From: Acetobacteraceae bacterium
GTDB lineage: Bacteria > Pseudomonadota > Alphaproteobacteria > Acetobacterales > Acetobacteraceae
Assembly (NCBI GenBank): GCA_965213845.1
Contig: CBDCAI010000007.1
Span: 19,818-83,817, forward strand
Direction of reading: 5' to 3'
Length of the DNA stretch: 64,000 nucleotides
The notes below the pieces were generated by a model. It did no database searches. It was not told the origin of the DNA and saw only the letters and a list, made by a program, of their open reading frames with translations. Positions 1-9,146 of the stretch are shown piece by piece; positions within the stretch are counted from its first letter, which is position 1; each line of letters begins with the position of its first letter. The translations under genes were made by a program, and so were the position numbers.

Positions 1-769
1 GCGCATGCACCGGCTGGACCACCGCGGCCGGCACTTCCAGGTGCAGGGCCCGTTGACGGTGGCGCGCAGCCCGCAGGGGCGCCCGTTGATCGTGCAGGCC
101 GGCACGTCCGAGCAGGGGCAGGAGATCGCGGCGGCCCGCGCCGACATCGTCTTCACCGCCATGGACGACCGGGCCGCGGCACAGGCCTACTACGCCGCCG
201 TGAAGGCGCGCCTGCCCCGCCACGGCCGCGCCGCCGGCGACCTGCTGCTGATGCCCGGCCTGCTGCCGGTGGTCGGCCGCACACAGGCGGAGGCTGCGGA
301 GAACTTCGAGCACCTGCAGGGCCTGACGCACCCGCTGGTGGGCCTGCAGAACCTCTGGGGCCCGATGGGCGACCTGTCGGGCCACGACCTGGACGGGCCC
401 GTGCCGGAACCGCGCGACCCCGAGATGCGCAGCCGCGCCCACGTGCTGCTGGAGCTGGCCCGGCGCGAGAACCTGACCATCCGCCAGCTGTATCAGCGCG
501 CCAGCATCGGCCGCGGCCACCGCACCCTGGTCGGCACCCCCGCCACCATCGCCGACGCCATGCAGGACTGGGTCGAGGCCCGCGCCGCCGACGGCTTCAA
601 CATCATCCCGACCCACCTCCCCGGCGGCGCCGACGACTTCGTCGACCTCGTCGTGCCGGAACTCCAAACCCGCGGCCTGTTCCGCACCGCCTACGAAGGC
701 ACCACCCTGCGAGAGAACCTGGGCCTTCCCAGCCCCTCCAGCCGCTACGCCGACAGGGCCCGAGCCTAA
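1..769 (+). CDS. LLM-class flavin-dependent monooxygenase (NtaA/SnaA/DszA family), C-terminal part; 5-prime end lies outside the window
   Basis: The frame of ORF 5..769 is open to the window start. The C-terminal motif FNIIPTHLPGGADDFVDLVVPELQTRGLFRTAYEGTTLRENLGL is typical of this family. Confidence 0.75.
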   Translation, partial: RMHRLDHRGRHFQVQGPLTVARSPQGRPLIVQAGTSEQGQEIAAARADIVFTAMDDRAAAQAYYAAVKARLPRHGRAAGDLLLMPGLLPVVGRTQAEAAENFEHLQGLTHPLVGLQNLWGPMGDLSGHDLDGPVPEPRDPEMRSRAHVLLELARRENLTIRQLYQRASIGRGHRTLVGTPATIADAMQDWVEARAADGFNIIPTHLPGGADDFVDLVVPELQTRGLFRTAYEGTTLRENLGLPSPSSRYADRARA

Positions 770-861
770 CGCGCAATCGCCACAGCGCAGCGGGACCCGT
801 GCCCCCTTTCGGCCTGCCAGCCGTTGCGCCACACTCTATCGCGCGTGAAGGAGGGGCCGCG

Positions 862-2424
862 ATGCGCTGGTTGCTGATGCTACTCCTGCTCGCCGCCGCC
901 GCCCCGGCCGGGGCCGCCACGCTCGAGGTCGCGGCCTCGGCTGACCTCGTGGGGCTGGACCCGATGGCCCCTGGCGCCACCGGCACCTACATCCACGGCA
1001 TGCTGGTCTACGACACGCTGTTCGCGCAGACCGAGGCGCTGGAGATCCGGCCGCAGATGGTCGGCGACGAGGTCGTCTCGGCGGACAAGCTCACCTACAC
1101 CCTCACGCTCCGCCCCGGCCTGCTGTTCCACGACGGCAGCCCGGTCACCACGCGGGACGTGATCGCGTCGCTCAAGCGCTGGATGGGGCTCGACATCGTC
1201 GGCCGCACCATGGCGCTCGACGTGGCGGGGATGGAGGCGGTGGATGCGCGCACGTTCATGATCCGGCTCCGGCGCCCCTTCCCGGTCGAGCAGGCGTTGG
1301 CCAACAGCGGCAGCGGGCTGGCCGCCATCCTGCGCGCGTCGGAGGCGGAGGGCGGCGCCTTCGGCCGCACGACGGCGGTGGTCGGGTCGGGCCCGTTCCG
1401 CTTCCTGGCGGACCAGTGGGCCCCGGGCGACCGGTTCGTCTACGAGAGGTTCGCCGGCTACGTGCCGCGGGCCGAACCGCCGGACGGGCTGGCCGGCGGC
1501 AAGGTGCCGAAGCTGGACCGCATCGTGTTCCACGTCATGCCCGACGCCAGCACCAAGTCGGCCGCCCTGCAAAAGGGCGAGGTGGACTTCATCGACGCCC
1601 TGGCCTTCGACCAGGCGGAGGTCCTGGCCCGGCGCCCCGGCGTGACCGTCGGCCGGCTGTCCAACACCTACAACACCTTCTTCATGCGGCCGAACGCGCT
1701 CCATCCGCCATTCGACAAGCCGGAGGCGCGGCAGGCGCTGGCGCTGGCCATCAACCAGGTCGACTACATGACCGTCTCGTTCGTGCAGCCGGATTGGGGG
1801 CAGCCCTGCCTCTCGTTCTTCGTCTGCGGCAGCCCCAACGGCATCACCACGGGCAGCGCCCCCTATGCCGCGCAGGACCTGGTGCGGGCGCGGGCGCTGC
1901 TGGCCGCCAGCGGCTACAAGAACGAGCGCGTCGTGCTGATCAACTCGCACGAGACGCTGTTCGTGGGCATGGCCGGGGACTTCGCGGCGGAGAACCTCAA
2001 GCAGATCGGGCTCAACGTCGAGGTTGCCGAAAGCGACTGGGGCACCTTCATGACCCGGCGCAACAACAAGGCCGCACCGGACCACGGCGGCTGGAACCTG
2101 TTCATCACCAGCGTCTCGGGCAGCGGCACCTTCTCGCCGCTCAGCAACTCCGTCGCCGACACCACGTGCGGCGCGCGCAACTTCGCCGGCTGGACGTGCG
2201 ACGAGGCGGCGGCGGCGCTGCGCGACCGCTGGATCCACGAGCCGGACCCGGTGGCCCAGCGGGCGATCCTGGAACAGCTGAGCGCCCGGCTGTGGGCCGT
2301 GATGCCCACCGTCATCCTGGGGCAGCGGGCCCAGCTCTATGCCTGGCGCAACACCATCCGCGGCTTCGTGCACCCGCCCTCGCTGGTGACGGTGTTCTGG
2401 AACATCGAGAAGACAGCCCCATGA
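862..2424 (+). CDS. ABC transporter substrate-binding protein, family 5 (peptide/nickel, DppA/OppA-like)
   Basis: ATG at 862 is preceded by GAAGGAGG (847-854). Signal peptide MRWLLMLLLLAAAAPAGA. Length and sequence resemble SBP_bac_5 proteins. The more upstream start at 799 has no RBS. Confidence 0.8.
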   Translation: MRWLLMLLLLAAAAPAGAATLEVAASADLVGLDPMAPGATGTYIHGMLVYDTLFAQTEALEIRPQMVGDEVVSADKLTYTLTLRPGLLFHDGSPVTTRDVIASLKRWMGLDIVGRTMALDVAGMEAVDARTFMIRLRRPFPVEQALANSGSGLAAILRASEAEGGAFGRTTAVVGSGPFRFLADQWAPGDRFVYERFAGYVPRAEPPDGLAGGKVPKLDRIVFHVMPDASTKSAALQKGEVDFIDALAFDQAEVLARRPGVTVGRLSNTYNTFFMRPNALHPPFDKPEARQALALAINQVDYMTVSFVQPDWGQPCLSFFVCGSPNGITTGSAPYAAQDLVRARALLAASGYKNERVVLINSHETLFVGMAGDFAAENLKQIGLNVEVAESDWGTFMTRRNNKAAPDHGGWNLFITSVSGSGTFSPLSNSVADTTCGARNFAGWTCDEAAAALRDRWIHEPDPVAQRAILEQLSARLWAVMPTVILGQRAQLYAWRNTIRGFVHPPSLVTVFWNIEKTAP

Positions 2425-3206
2425 AGCACCTGCTGGAACAGATGACCTACCCGGAGTTCCGGGACCGCATGGCAAGCGACCCCGTGATCCTGCTGCCGTT
2501 GGGCAGTCAGGAGGTGCAGGGCCCGTGCAACCCCATGGGCGACTTCATGCTGGCCGCCGCACTCGCCGCCCGCGTCGCCGAACGCACCGGGGCCATCGCG
2601 GCGCCCACCATGCCGTTCGGCTGCGCCGACTACTTCCGGGACGTGCCGGGCGGCATCCAGGTCTCGGCCGCGACGTTCCGCGGCGTGCTGCGCGACATGG
2701 TCTGCGCCTTCCTGGACCACGGGCTCGAACGGCTGCTGGTGTTCAACGGCCACACCGGCAACAACGCGCTGATCGACCAGGTGCTGCGCGAGGTCCGGCG
2801 CGAGCGCGGCGTGATCGTGCCCTGGATCAACATCTGGCCCATGGTGCCCGCCGCGCTGAAACAGCAGGCGCACGGCGAGAACGCATCGCGCGCCACCGGC
2901 CACGGCTCGGACCCGATCGGCTCCGTCTATGAACACCTGTTCCCCGGCCTCACCCGGCGCGAGGCGGCCGGGCAGACGGAACCTGCGAAGACCCTGCTCG
3001 GCCTGCCCACCGCCGGGCTCGCGCACGTCCGCTTCGGCGCCGTCGACGTCGGCGTGCCCATCAACATGCTCGACCACTGCGACACCACCGTGGGCGGCGA
3101 CCCGGCACTCGCCAACGCCGAAGCCGGGCGCCTGTTCGCCGACTACATCGTCGACACCGCGGCCGCCCTGGTGGAGCACCTGAAGACCGCCCCCGTCCGG
3201 GGGTGA
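2421..3206 (+). CDS. creatininase (creatinine amidohydrolase/FAPy deformylase) family protein
   Basis: ATGA start/stop overlap with the binding-protein gene. Motifs LPLGSQEVQGP and FNGHTGNN match the creatininase family. It forms the second half of the long ORF 1416..3206. Confidence 0.8.
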   Translation: MKHLLEQMTYPEFRDRMASDPVILLPLGSQEVQGPCNPMGDFMLAAALAARVAERTGAIAAPTMPFGCADYFRDVPGGIQVSAATFRGVLRDMVCAFLDHGLERLLVFNGHTGNNALIDQVLREVRRERGVIVPWINIWPMVPAALKQQAHGENASRATGHGSDPIGSVYEHLFPGLTRREAAGQTEPAKTLLGLPTAGLAHVRFGAVDVGVPINMLDHCDTTVGGDPALANAEAGRLFADYIVDTAAALVEHLKTAPVRG

Positions 3207-3245
3207 TGCGGGGGCGCGGCCACGCCTTCCCCACTCGCCGTCGTC

Positions 3246-3268
3246 ATGGCCGGGCTTGTCCCGGCCAT
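3246..3268. terminator. perfect 9-bp stem/5-nt loop hairpin (ATGGCCGGG-CTTGT-CCCGGCCAT) between convergent genes; REP-like element and possible bidirectional terminator
   Basis: The inverted repeat is read directly. It sits between the creatininase stop (3206) and the urtE stop (3348). It generates the spurious peptide MDGRDKPGHDDGEW at the start of ORF 2337..3272 (-). No U-tract follows. Confidence 0.35.
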
Positions 3269-3347
3269 CCACGCCGTGCCGCCGAGGGTCGGCGTAACAT
3301 GCTGGCGGGCAACGATCCTTTACGAAGCACCCACAGGCCCGGCGGCA

Positions 3348-4052
3348 TCACACCGATAGGCGGCGGCGGACCTCGTTCTCGTCCAGCGTGTCCGGGGCGC
3401 CGTTCAGCACGATGTCGCCGCGGTCCATGATGCACAGCGTGTCGGCCAGCGCGCGGGCGAAGTCGTAGTACTGCTCCACCAGCAATATCGCCATGCCGCC
3501 GCGGCTGCGGAGCAGCGTGATGACCCGGCCGATGTCCTTGATGATGCTGGGCTGGATGCCCTCCGTCGGCTCGTCCAGCACCAGCAGGCGCGGTTTCATG
3601 ATCAGGGCGCGGGCGATGGCCAGCTGCTGCTGCTGCCCGCCCGAGAGGTCTCCGCCACGGCGGCGCAGCATGGTCTTCAGGATGGGGAACAGCTCGAAGA
3701 TCTCGTCGTCGATGCGGCGTTGGCCGCGCGGCAGGACGGCGAACCCGGTTTCCAGGTTCTCGCGCACGGTCAGCAGCGGGAAGATGTCGCGGCCCTGCGG
3801 CACCCAGGCGATGCCGCGCTGGGCCCGGGCGTAGGTGGGCAGGCGGGTGATGTCCGCGCCCTCCCAATGGATGCTGCCGGCGCTGACCGGGTGGGCGCCG
3901 GTGATGGCCCGCAGCAGGCTGGTCTTGCCGACGCCGTTGCGGCCCAGCAGACACGTCACGCGGCCCACATCGACGCTGACCGACACCTTCCGCAGCGCGA
4001 TGGCGGCGCCGTACAGCAGGTCGACGCCCTTCACCTCGAGCTCAGCGGCCAA
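3348..4052 (-). CDS. urtE: urea ABC transporter ATP-binding subunit UrtE
   Basis: TTG start at 4052. Walker A GRNGVGKT, signature LSGGQQQQLAIARAL, Walker B LLVLDEPTEGIQPSI. Last gene of the urtABCDE order. Confidence 0.9.
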   Translation of the reverse strand: MAAELEVKGVDLLYGAAIALRKVSVSVDVGRVTCLLGRNGVGKTSLLRAITGAHPVSAGSIHWEGADITRLPTYARAQRGIAWVPQGRDIFPLLTVRENLETGFAVLPRGQRRIDDEIFELFPILKTMLRRRGGDLSGGQQQQLAIARALIMKPRLLVLDEPTEGIQPSIIKDIGRVITLLRSRGGMAILLVEQYYDFARALADTLCIMDRGDIVLNGAPDTLDENEVRRRLSV

Positions 4053-4803
4053 GATAGACCTCGATCACCCGGGGATCCTCGCTGACATGGTCGATCGTCC
4101 CCTCGCTCAGCACGCTGCCCTCGTGCAGGCACGTCACCTTCACGCCCAGGGCCCGCACGAAGGCCATGTCGTGCTCCACCACCACCACGCTGCGCGTGCG
4201 GTTGATCTCGACCAGCAGCTCGGCCGTCTGCTCGGTTTCCGCGTCGGTCATGCCGGCGACGGGCTCGTCGACGAGCAGCAGGCGCGGGTCCTGGGCCAGC
4301 AGCATGCCGATCTCGAGCCACTGCTTCTGCCCGTGGCTGAGGTCTCCGGCGCGGCGGTGGCGGTGTTCGAACAGGCGGATGGTGACCAGGATGGCGTCGA
4401 TGCGCTCCCGCTCCTGCGCGGTCTGGCGGGCACCAAGGGTGAACCAGGGGCGGCGGTCCCCGGCCAGCGCCAGCAACAGGTTGTCCCACACCGTATGCGG
4501 CTCGAACACGGTCGGCTTCTGGAACTTGCGCCCGATACCCAGGCTGGCGATGCGGGGCTCGTCGAGCCTTGTGAGGTCGGTGTCGCTGCCGAACACGACG
4601 CGGCCGGCATCGGGCCGGGTCTTGCCGGTGATGACGTCCATCATGGTGGTCTTGCCGGCGCCGTTGGGCCCGATGACGGCCCGCATCTCGCCGGGGGCGA
4701 GCACGAGGGCCAGGTTGTTGAGCGCGCGGAACCCGTCGAAGCTGACGCTGACGCCGTCGAGGTACAGCAGGGACCCGGTGGGCGCGCCGATCGGGGAACT
4801 CAT
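4042..4803 (-). CDS. urtD: urea ABC transporter ATP-binding subunit UrtD
   Basis: ATG at 4803 (MSSPIGAPTG). Walker A GPNGAGKT, signature LSHGQKQWLEIGMLL, Walker B LLLVDEPVAGM. Overlaps urtC and urtE. Confidence 0.9.
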   Translation of the reverse strand: MSSPIGAPTGSLLYLDGVSVSFDGFRALNNLALVLAPGEMRAVIGPNGAGKTTMMDVITGKTRPDAGRVVFGSDTDLTRLDEPRIASLGIGRKFQKPTVFEPHTVWDNLLLALAGDRRPWFTLGARQTAQERERIDAILVTIRLFEHRHRRAGDLSHGQKQWLEIGMLLAQDPRLLLVDEPVAGMTDAETEQTAELLVEINRTRSVVVVEHDMAFVRALGVKVTCLHEGSVLSEGTIDHVSEDPRVIEVYLGR

Positions 4804-5927
4804 GCCTCGACCTCGGTCACCGCCGATTCCTCGCTGACATGCGGCACCGGCGGCTCCGTGCGGCGCGGCGCGCGCACCAAGCCCACCAGGCCGCGCGGCA
4901 GGAACAGCGTGACGGCGATGAACAGGAAGCCGAGCGCGAACAGCCACAGCTCCGGCAGCTGCCCGGTGAACACGGTCTTGGCGGCATTGACCAGCACGGC
5001 GCCCAGGATGGCGCCGTACAGCGTGCCGCGTCCGCCGACGGCGACCCAGATCACCGCCTCGATCGAGTTCTGCGGCGCGAACTCGCCGGGGTTGATGATG
5101 CCGACCTGCGGCACGTACAGCGCGCCGCCGATGGCCGCCATGACGGCCGAGAGGGTCCAGACGACCAGCTTGTAGTGCTCGGGCCGGTAGCCCAGGAACC
5201 GGGTGCGCGATTCCGCGTCGCGGACGGCGATCAGGATCTTGCCGAAGCGGGACCGGGTGAGCCAGCGCGCCATGGCGAACAGCGCGCAGAGCACGACGGC
5301 GGTGACGACCAGCAGCCCGCACCGGGTCGTGTCGGCCTGCAACGGGAAGCCGAGCAGCTCCTTGAAGTCGGTCAGGCCGTTATTGCCGCCGAAGCCCATG
5401 TCGTTGCGGAAGAACGCGAGCAGCAGGGCGTAGGTCAGCGCCTGGGTGATGATGGACAGGTACACGCCCGTGACCCGGCTGCGGAACGCCAGCCAGCCGA
5501 ACACCAGCGCCAGCACCGCCGGCACCAGCAGCGCCATCAGCATGGCATAGCCGAACCAGTCGAAGCCCCACCAGGTCCAGGGCATGGCCTTGTAGTTCAG
5601 GAACACCATGAAGTCCGGCAGGATGTTGCCGTACTGCCCGCGGGTGCCGATCTGCCGCATGAGGTACATGCCCATGCCGTAGCCGCCCAGGGCGAAGAAC
5701 GCGGCATGGCCCAGGCTGAGGATGCCGCCGAAGCCCCAGACCAGGTCCACCGCGAGCGCCAGGATGGCGAACGACAGGTACTTGCCGAACAGCGACACGA
5801 CATAGGTGGGCACGTGCACGGCCGAGGCCGGGGCGACGCCGAGGTTGAGCGCGGCCAGCAGCAGCGCGCCCCCCAGCACGATGCCGATGGTGAGCGGGGT
5901 GGCCAGCCTGCCCACGCCTCCCCTCAT
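4800..5927 (-). CDS. urtC: urea ABC transporter permease UrtC
   Basis: ATG at 5927 (MRGGVGRLATPL) in ATGA overlap with the urtB stop. Multi-TM HAAT-family permease sequence. The upstream part of ORF 4800..6092 is Gly/Arg-rich and lies inside urtB. Confidence 0.9.
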   Translation of the reverse strand: MRGGVGRLATPLTIGIVLGGALLLAALNLGVAPASAVHVPTYVVSLFGKYLSFAILALAVDLVWGFGGILSLGHAAFFALGGYGMGMYLMRQIGTRGQYGNILPDFMVFLNYKAMPWTWWGFDWFGYAMLMALLVPAVLALVFGWLAFRSRVTGVYLSIITQALTYALLLAFFRNDMGFGGNNGLTDFKELLGFPLQADTTRCGLLVVTAVVLCALFAMARWLTRSRFGKILIAVRDAESRTRFLGYRPEHYKLVVWTLSAVMAAIGGALYVPQVGIINPGEFAPQNSIEAVIWVAVGGRGTLYGAILGAVLVNAAKTVFTGQLPELWLFALGFLFIAVTLFLPRGLVGLVRAPRRTEPPVPHVSEESAVTEVEA

Positions 5928-7555
5928 GCCTCCACCGCCCGGCCCTTGAGCGGGAAGATGCCGCGCGGCCGCCGCTGGATGAACAGGATCAGCAGCACCA
6001 GCACGACGATCTTGCCCAGCACGGCCCCGGCCACCGGTTCCAGGAACTTGTTGACCACCCCCAGCGTGAGCGCGCCCACTGCCGTGCCCCACAGGTTGCC
6101 GACGCCGCCGAACACCACGACCATGAAGCTGTCGATGATGTAGCCCTGGCCCAGGTTGGGGCTCACGTTGTCGATCTGGCTCAGCGCCACCCCGGCCATG
6201 CCCGCAACACCCGAGCCCAACCCGAAGGTCAGCGCATCGATCCAGGGCGTGCGGATGCCCATGGCGGCCGCCATCCGGCGGTTCTGCGTCACCGCCCGCA
6301 TCCGCAGACCGAGCGCGGTGTAGCGCAGCACCGCCATCAGCGCGGCCAGCACGAAGACGGCGAACACGATGATGGCCACGCGGTTGTAGGTGAAGGTCAC
6401 CTGGCCGAGCTTACCGGCGCCGCTCATCCAGGCCGGGGTGCCGACCTCGCGGTTGGTGGGGCCGAACAAGGACCGCACCGCCTGCTGCAGCACGAGCGAC
6501 AGGCCGAAGGTGGCGAGCAGCGTCTCCAGCGGGCGGCCATACAGGAAGCGGATCATGCTGCGCTCGATCAGCACGCCGAGCCCGCCCGAAACCAGAAAGG
6601 CGAGCGGGATGGCGATGAACAGGCTGGCGCCGAACAGCCACGGCGCGTGGGCGCGGATGACCTCCTGCACCATGAACGTCACATAGGCGCCGATCATGAC
6701 CATCTCGCCATGCGCCATGTTGATGACGCCCATCACCCCGAAGGTGATGGCGAGCCCGGTCGCGGCCAGCAGCAGCACGGAGCCGAGGCTGACGCCGTAG
6801 AACACGCCCTGCGCCAGGTTCCACAGCTGCAGCCGCCAGTCGATGGCTGCCACGGCGGCGGCGGCGGCGGCGCTGACGGCCGGCGGCTGCGGCCCGGGCA
6901 GCGAGGCGAGCACGGCCCGCGCCTCGAGGTCGGCCCGGTCGCCCAGGGTCGCGACGGCGGCCAGGCGGTCGGGCTCGGTGCTGTCGGGGCTGGCGAGCAG
7001 GGCGGCGGCGCGCGCCTGGCGCATGGTGGCCAGCACGCCCGGGTCCTTCTCGGCGGCGATGGCGCGGTCGAGCGACGGCAGGGCGGCGGCGTCGCGGGAC
7101 TTGAACACGGCCGCGGCGGCGTCGCCCCGGATGGCGGCGTCGGGGTCGAATAGGCGCAGGCCGCCCATGGCCGCGTCGACGGCGCGGCGCACGGCGTTGT
7201 TCAGGCGCAGCGGACGCAACCCGGCGGTGTCGGCCACGGGGACACCCGTCTCGGCATCGAAGGCCTCGCCCGCCGGGTCCTTCAGCACGGGCCCCGCCCC
7301 GGGTCGGGTGAACAGCCGCCCGGCCTGCAGCGCATCCAGCACCGGGGCCGCGCGGGGGCTGCCGGAGGTGGCCAACGCCTCGATCCCGCGGCGGATATCG
7401 TCGAACCCGCCCGAGAGCTGGGCCAGCCCGGGCACTTCCGCCCGGGCCGCGGTCGCGAACAGCAGAACGGCTGAGATCACACCGATCGACGCCCTCCAGA
7501 GACGCCGCGGCGCGGTGGGGGGCCGCGGATCGCCCGCGGCCCCCCACCCCTGCAT
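5924..7555 (-). CDS. urtB: urea ABC transporter permease UrtB with ~240-aa N-terminal extension
   Basis: ATG at 7555 (MQGWGAAGD), 5 nt after the urtA stop. The C-terminal ~300 aa is a HAAT permease (LAATGLAITFGVMGVINMAHGEMVMIGAY). The N-terminus has a signal-like segment followed by an Ala-rich soluble region. Confidence 0.85.
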   Translation of the reverse strand: MQGWGAAGDPRPPTAPRRLWRASIGVISAVLLFATAARAEVPGLAQLSGGFDDIRRGIEALATSGSPRAAPVLDALQAGRLFTRPGAGPVLKDPAGEAFDAETGVPVADTAGLRPLRLNNAVRRAVDAAMGGLRLFDPDAAIRGDAAAAVFKSRDAAALPSLDRAIAAEKDPGVLATMRQARAAALLASPDSTEPDRLAAVATLGDRADLEARAVLASLPGPQPPAVSAAAAAAVAAIDWRLQLWNLAQGVFYGVSLGSVLLLAATGLAITFGVMGVINMAHGEMVMIGAYVTFMVQEVIRAHAPWLFGASLFIAIPLAFLVSGGLGVLIERSMIRFLYGRPLETLLATFGLSLVLQQAVRSLFGPTNREVGTPAWMSGAGKLGQVTFTYNRVAIIVFAVFVLAALMAVLRYTALGLRMRAVTQNRRMAAAMGIRTPWIDALTFGLGSGVAGMAGVALSQIDNVSPNLGQGYIIDSFMVVVFGGVGNLWGTAVGALTLGVVNKFLEPVAGAVLGKIVVLVLLILFIQRRPRGIFPLKGRAVEA

Positions 7556-7560
7556 CGCGG

Positions 7561-8862
7561 CTACTTGCTGGCGCCGCCGCACTTGCCGGTCTTCACGTTG
7601 AAGTTGCCGCAGGACAGCGGGGACCGCCAGTCGGCGATCAGGTCGCGGGAGCCCTCGAGGTAGGGCGACCACTCCTGCGCCACGATCGTGCCCGGCGTCG
7701 TGGACACGATGTTGAACTGCCCGTTGCCCTGGATCTCGCCGATCAGCACGGGCTTGGTGATGTGGTGGTTCGGCATCATGGCGCTCAGCCCGCCCGAAAG
7801 GTTCGGCACGGACACGCCGATCATGGCGTCGATCACCTTCGCCGGCTCGAACGTCCCGGCCTTCTCCACCGCCTTGACCCACATCGCGAAGCCGATGACA
7901 TGCGCCTCCATCGGGTCGTTGGTCACGCGCTTGGGATTCTTGGTGAACGCCTGCCACTTGGCGATGAACGCCTTGTTGTCGGCGTTGTCGACACTCATAA
8001 AGTAGTTCCACGCCGCCAGGTGGCCCAGCAGCGGCTTGGTGTCGATGCCGGCCAATTCCTCCTCGCCGACGCTGAATGCCACGACCGGAATGTCGGTCGC
8101 CTTGATCCCCTGGTTGCCCAGCTCCTTGTAGAAGGGCACGTTGGCATCGCCGTTGATGGTCGACACCACGGCCGTCTTCTTGCCCGCGCTGCCGAACTTC
8201 TTGATGTCCGCCACGATGTTCTGCCAGTCGCTATGACCGAACGGGGTGTAGTTGATCAGGATGTCGTCCTGCTTGACGCCCTTGGCCTTCAGGTAGGCCT
8301 CGAGGATTTTGTTCGTGGTGCGCGGATAGACGTAGTCGGTCCCGGCCAGGACCCAGCGCTGCACCTTCTCCTCGGCCATCAGGTAATCCACCGCCGGGAT
8401 CGCCTGCTGGTTCGGCGCGGCACCGGTGTAGAAGACGTTCTTGCTGCTCTCCTCGCCTTCGTACTGCACCGGGTAGAACAGGATGTTGCCCGTCTCCTCG
8501 AACACCGGCAGCACGGACTTGCGCGAAACCGACGTCCAGCAGCCGAACACGGCCGCCACCTTGTTGACGGTGATCAGCTCGCGCGCCTTTTCGGCGAACA
8601 GCGGCCAGTTGCTGGCGGGGTCGACGACGACGGCCTCGAGCTTGCGGCCGAGAACGCCGCCCTTCTTGTTCTGCTCGTCGATCAGCATCAGCATGACGTC
8701 CTTCAGCGTCGTCTCGCTGATGGCCATCGTGCCGGACAGGCTGTGCAGGATGCCGATCTTGATCGGCTCGGACTGGGCGTGCGCCGGGACCGAAGCAGCA
8801 ACCACGCCCGCGATCCCCACGGCGGCCAGGCCCGCGCCCCGCAGCCAACTTGCCATTCGCAT
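7561..8862 (-). CDS. urtA: urea ABC transporter substrate-binding protein UrtA
   Basis: ATG at 8862 (MRMASWLRGAGLAAVGIAGVVAASVPAHAQ signal peptide) with a GGGGAGAG RBS. SEPIKIGILHSLSGTMAISE and the C-terminal CGNFNVKTGKCGG are typical of UrtA. Confidence 0.9.
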   Translation of the reverse strand: MRMASWLRGAGLAAVGIAGVVAASVPAHAQSEPIKIGILHSLSGTMAISETTLKDVMLMLIDEQNKKGGVLGRKLEAVVVDPASNWPLFAEKARELITVNKVAAVFGCWTSVSRKSVLPVFEETGNILFYPVQYEGEESSKNVFYTGAAPNQQAIPAVDYLMAEEKVQRWVLAGTDYVYPRTTNKILEAYLKAKGVKQDDILINYTPFGHSDWQNIVADIKKFGSAGKKTAVVSTINGDANVPFYKELGNQGIKATDIPVVAFSVGEEELAGIDTKPLLGHLAAWNYFMSVDNADNKAFIAKWQAFTKNPKRVTNDPMEAHVIGFAMWVKAVEKAGTFEPAKVIDAMIGVSVPNLSGGLSAMMPNHHITKPVLIGEIQGNGQFNIVSTTPGTIVAQEWSPYLEGSRDLIADWRSPLSCGNFNVKTGKCGGASK

Positions 8863-8919
8863 TGTCGTCTCTCCCCTTGCGCCAGCGGCGGCATGCCGGC
8901 GGCCAACGCCACTCACGTT

Positions 8920-8935
8920 TGCAACTTGTGTGCCA
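8920..8935 (-). promoter_or_regulatory. sigma-54 (RpoN) -24/-12 promoter of the urtABCDE operon
   Basis: The minus strand reads TGGCAC-ACAAG-TTGCA, an exact match to the TGGCAC-N5-TTGCA consensus. The GC element lies ~58 nt upstream of the urtA ATG. Confidence 0.6.
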
Positions 8936-9146
8936 ATCCGGTCGGATGAGTCACGGAATGGTGAATGCGGGGGTGGCGGGTCCCGCCCCGCATCCCGCCT
9001 GCATGTTCCGCGGTCTGAATGGCCAAGAGTTGTGCATGCCAGCCACGGCCGCCATTGTTTCTGGTTCCAGCGCACCACGCCGTCTTTTCCCGGTTCCGCA
9101 AGGCTGGCACCCTGCGGCCGATGACGATGGAAGCGGGATCCCGAAC

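Noticed and set aside
2337-3272. ORF 2337..3272 (-), beginning MDGRDKPGHDDGEW.
   Set aside because: Its start is created by the REP-like hairpin, and the rest is antisense to the creatininase gene. The KPGHD-type peptide is a recurrent false ORF.
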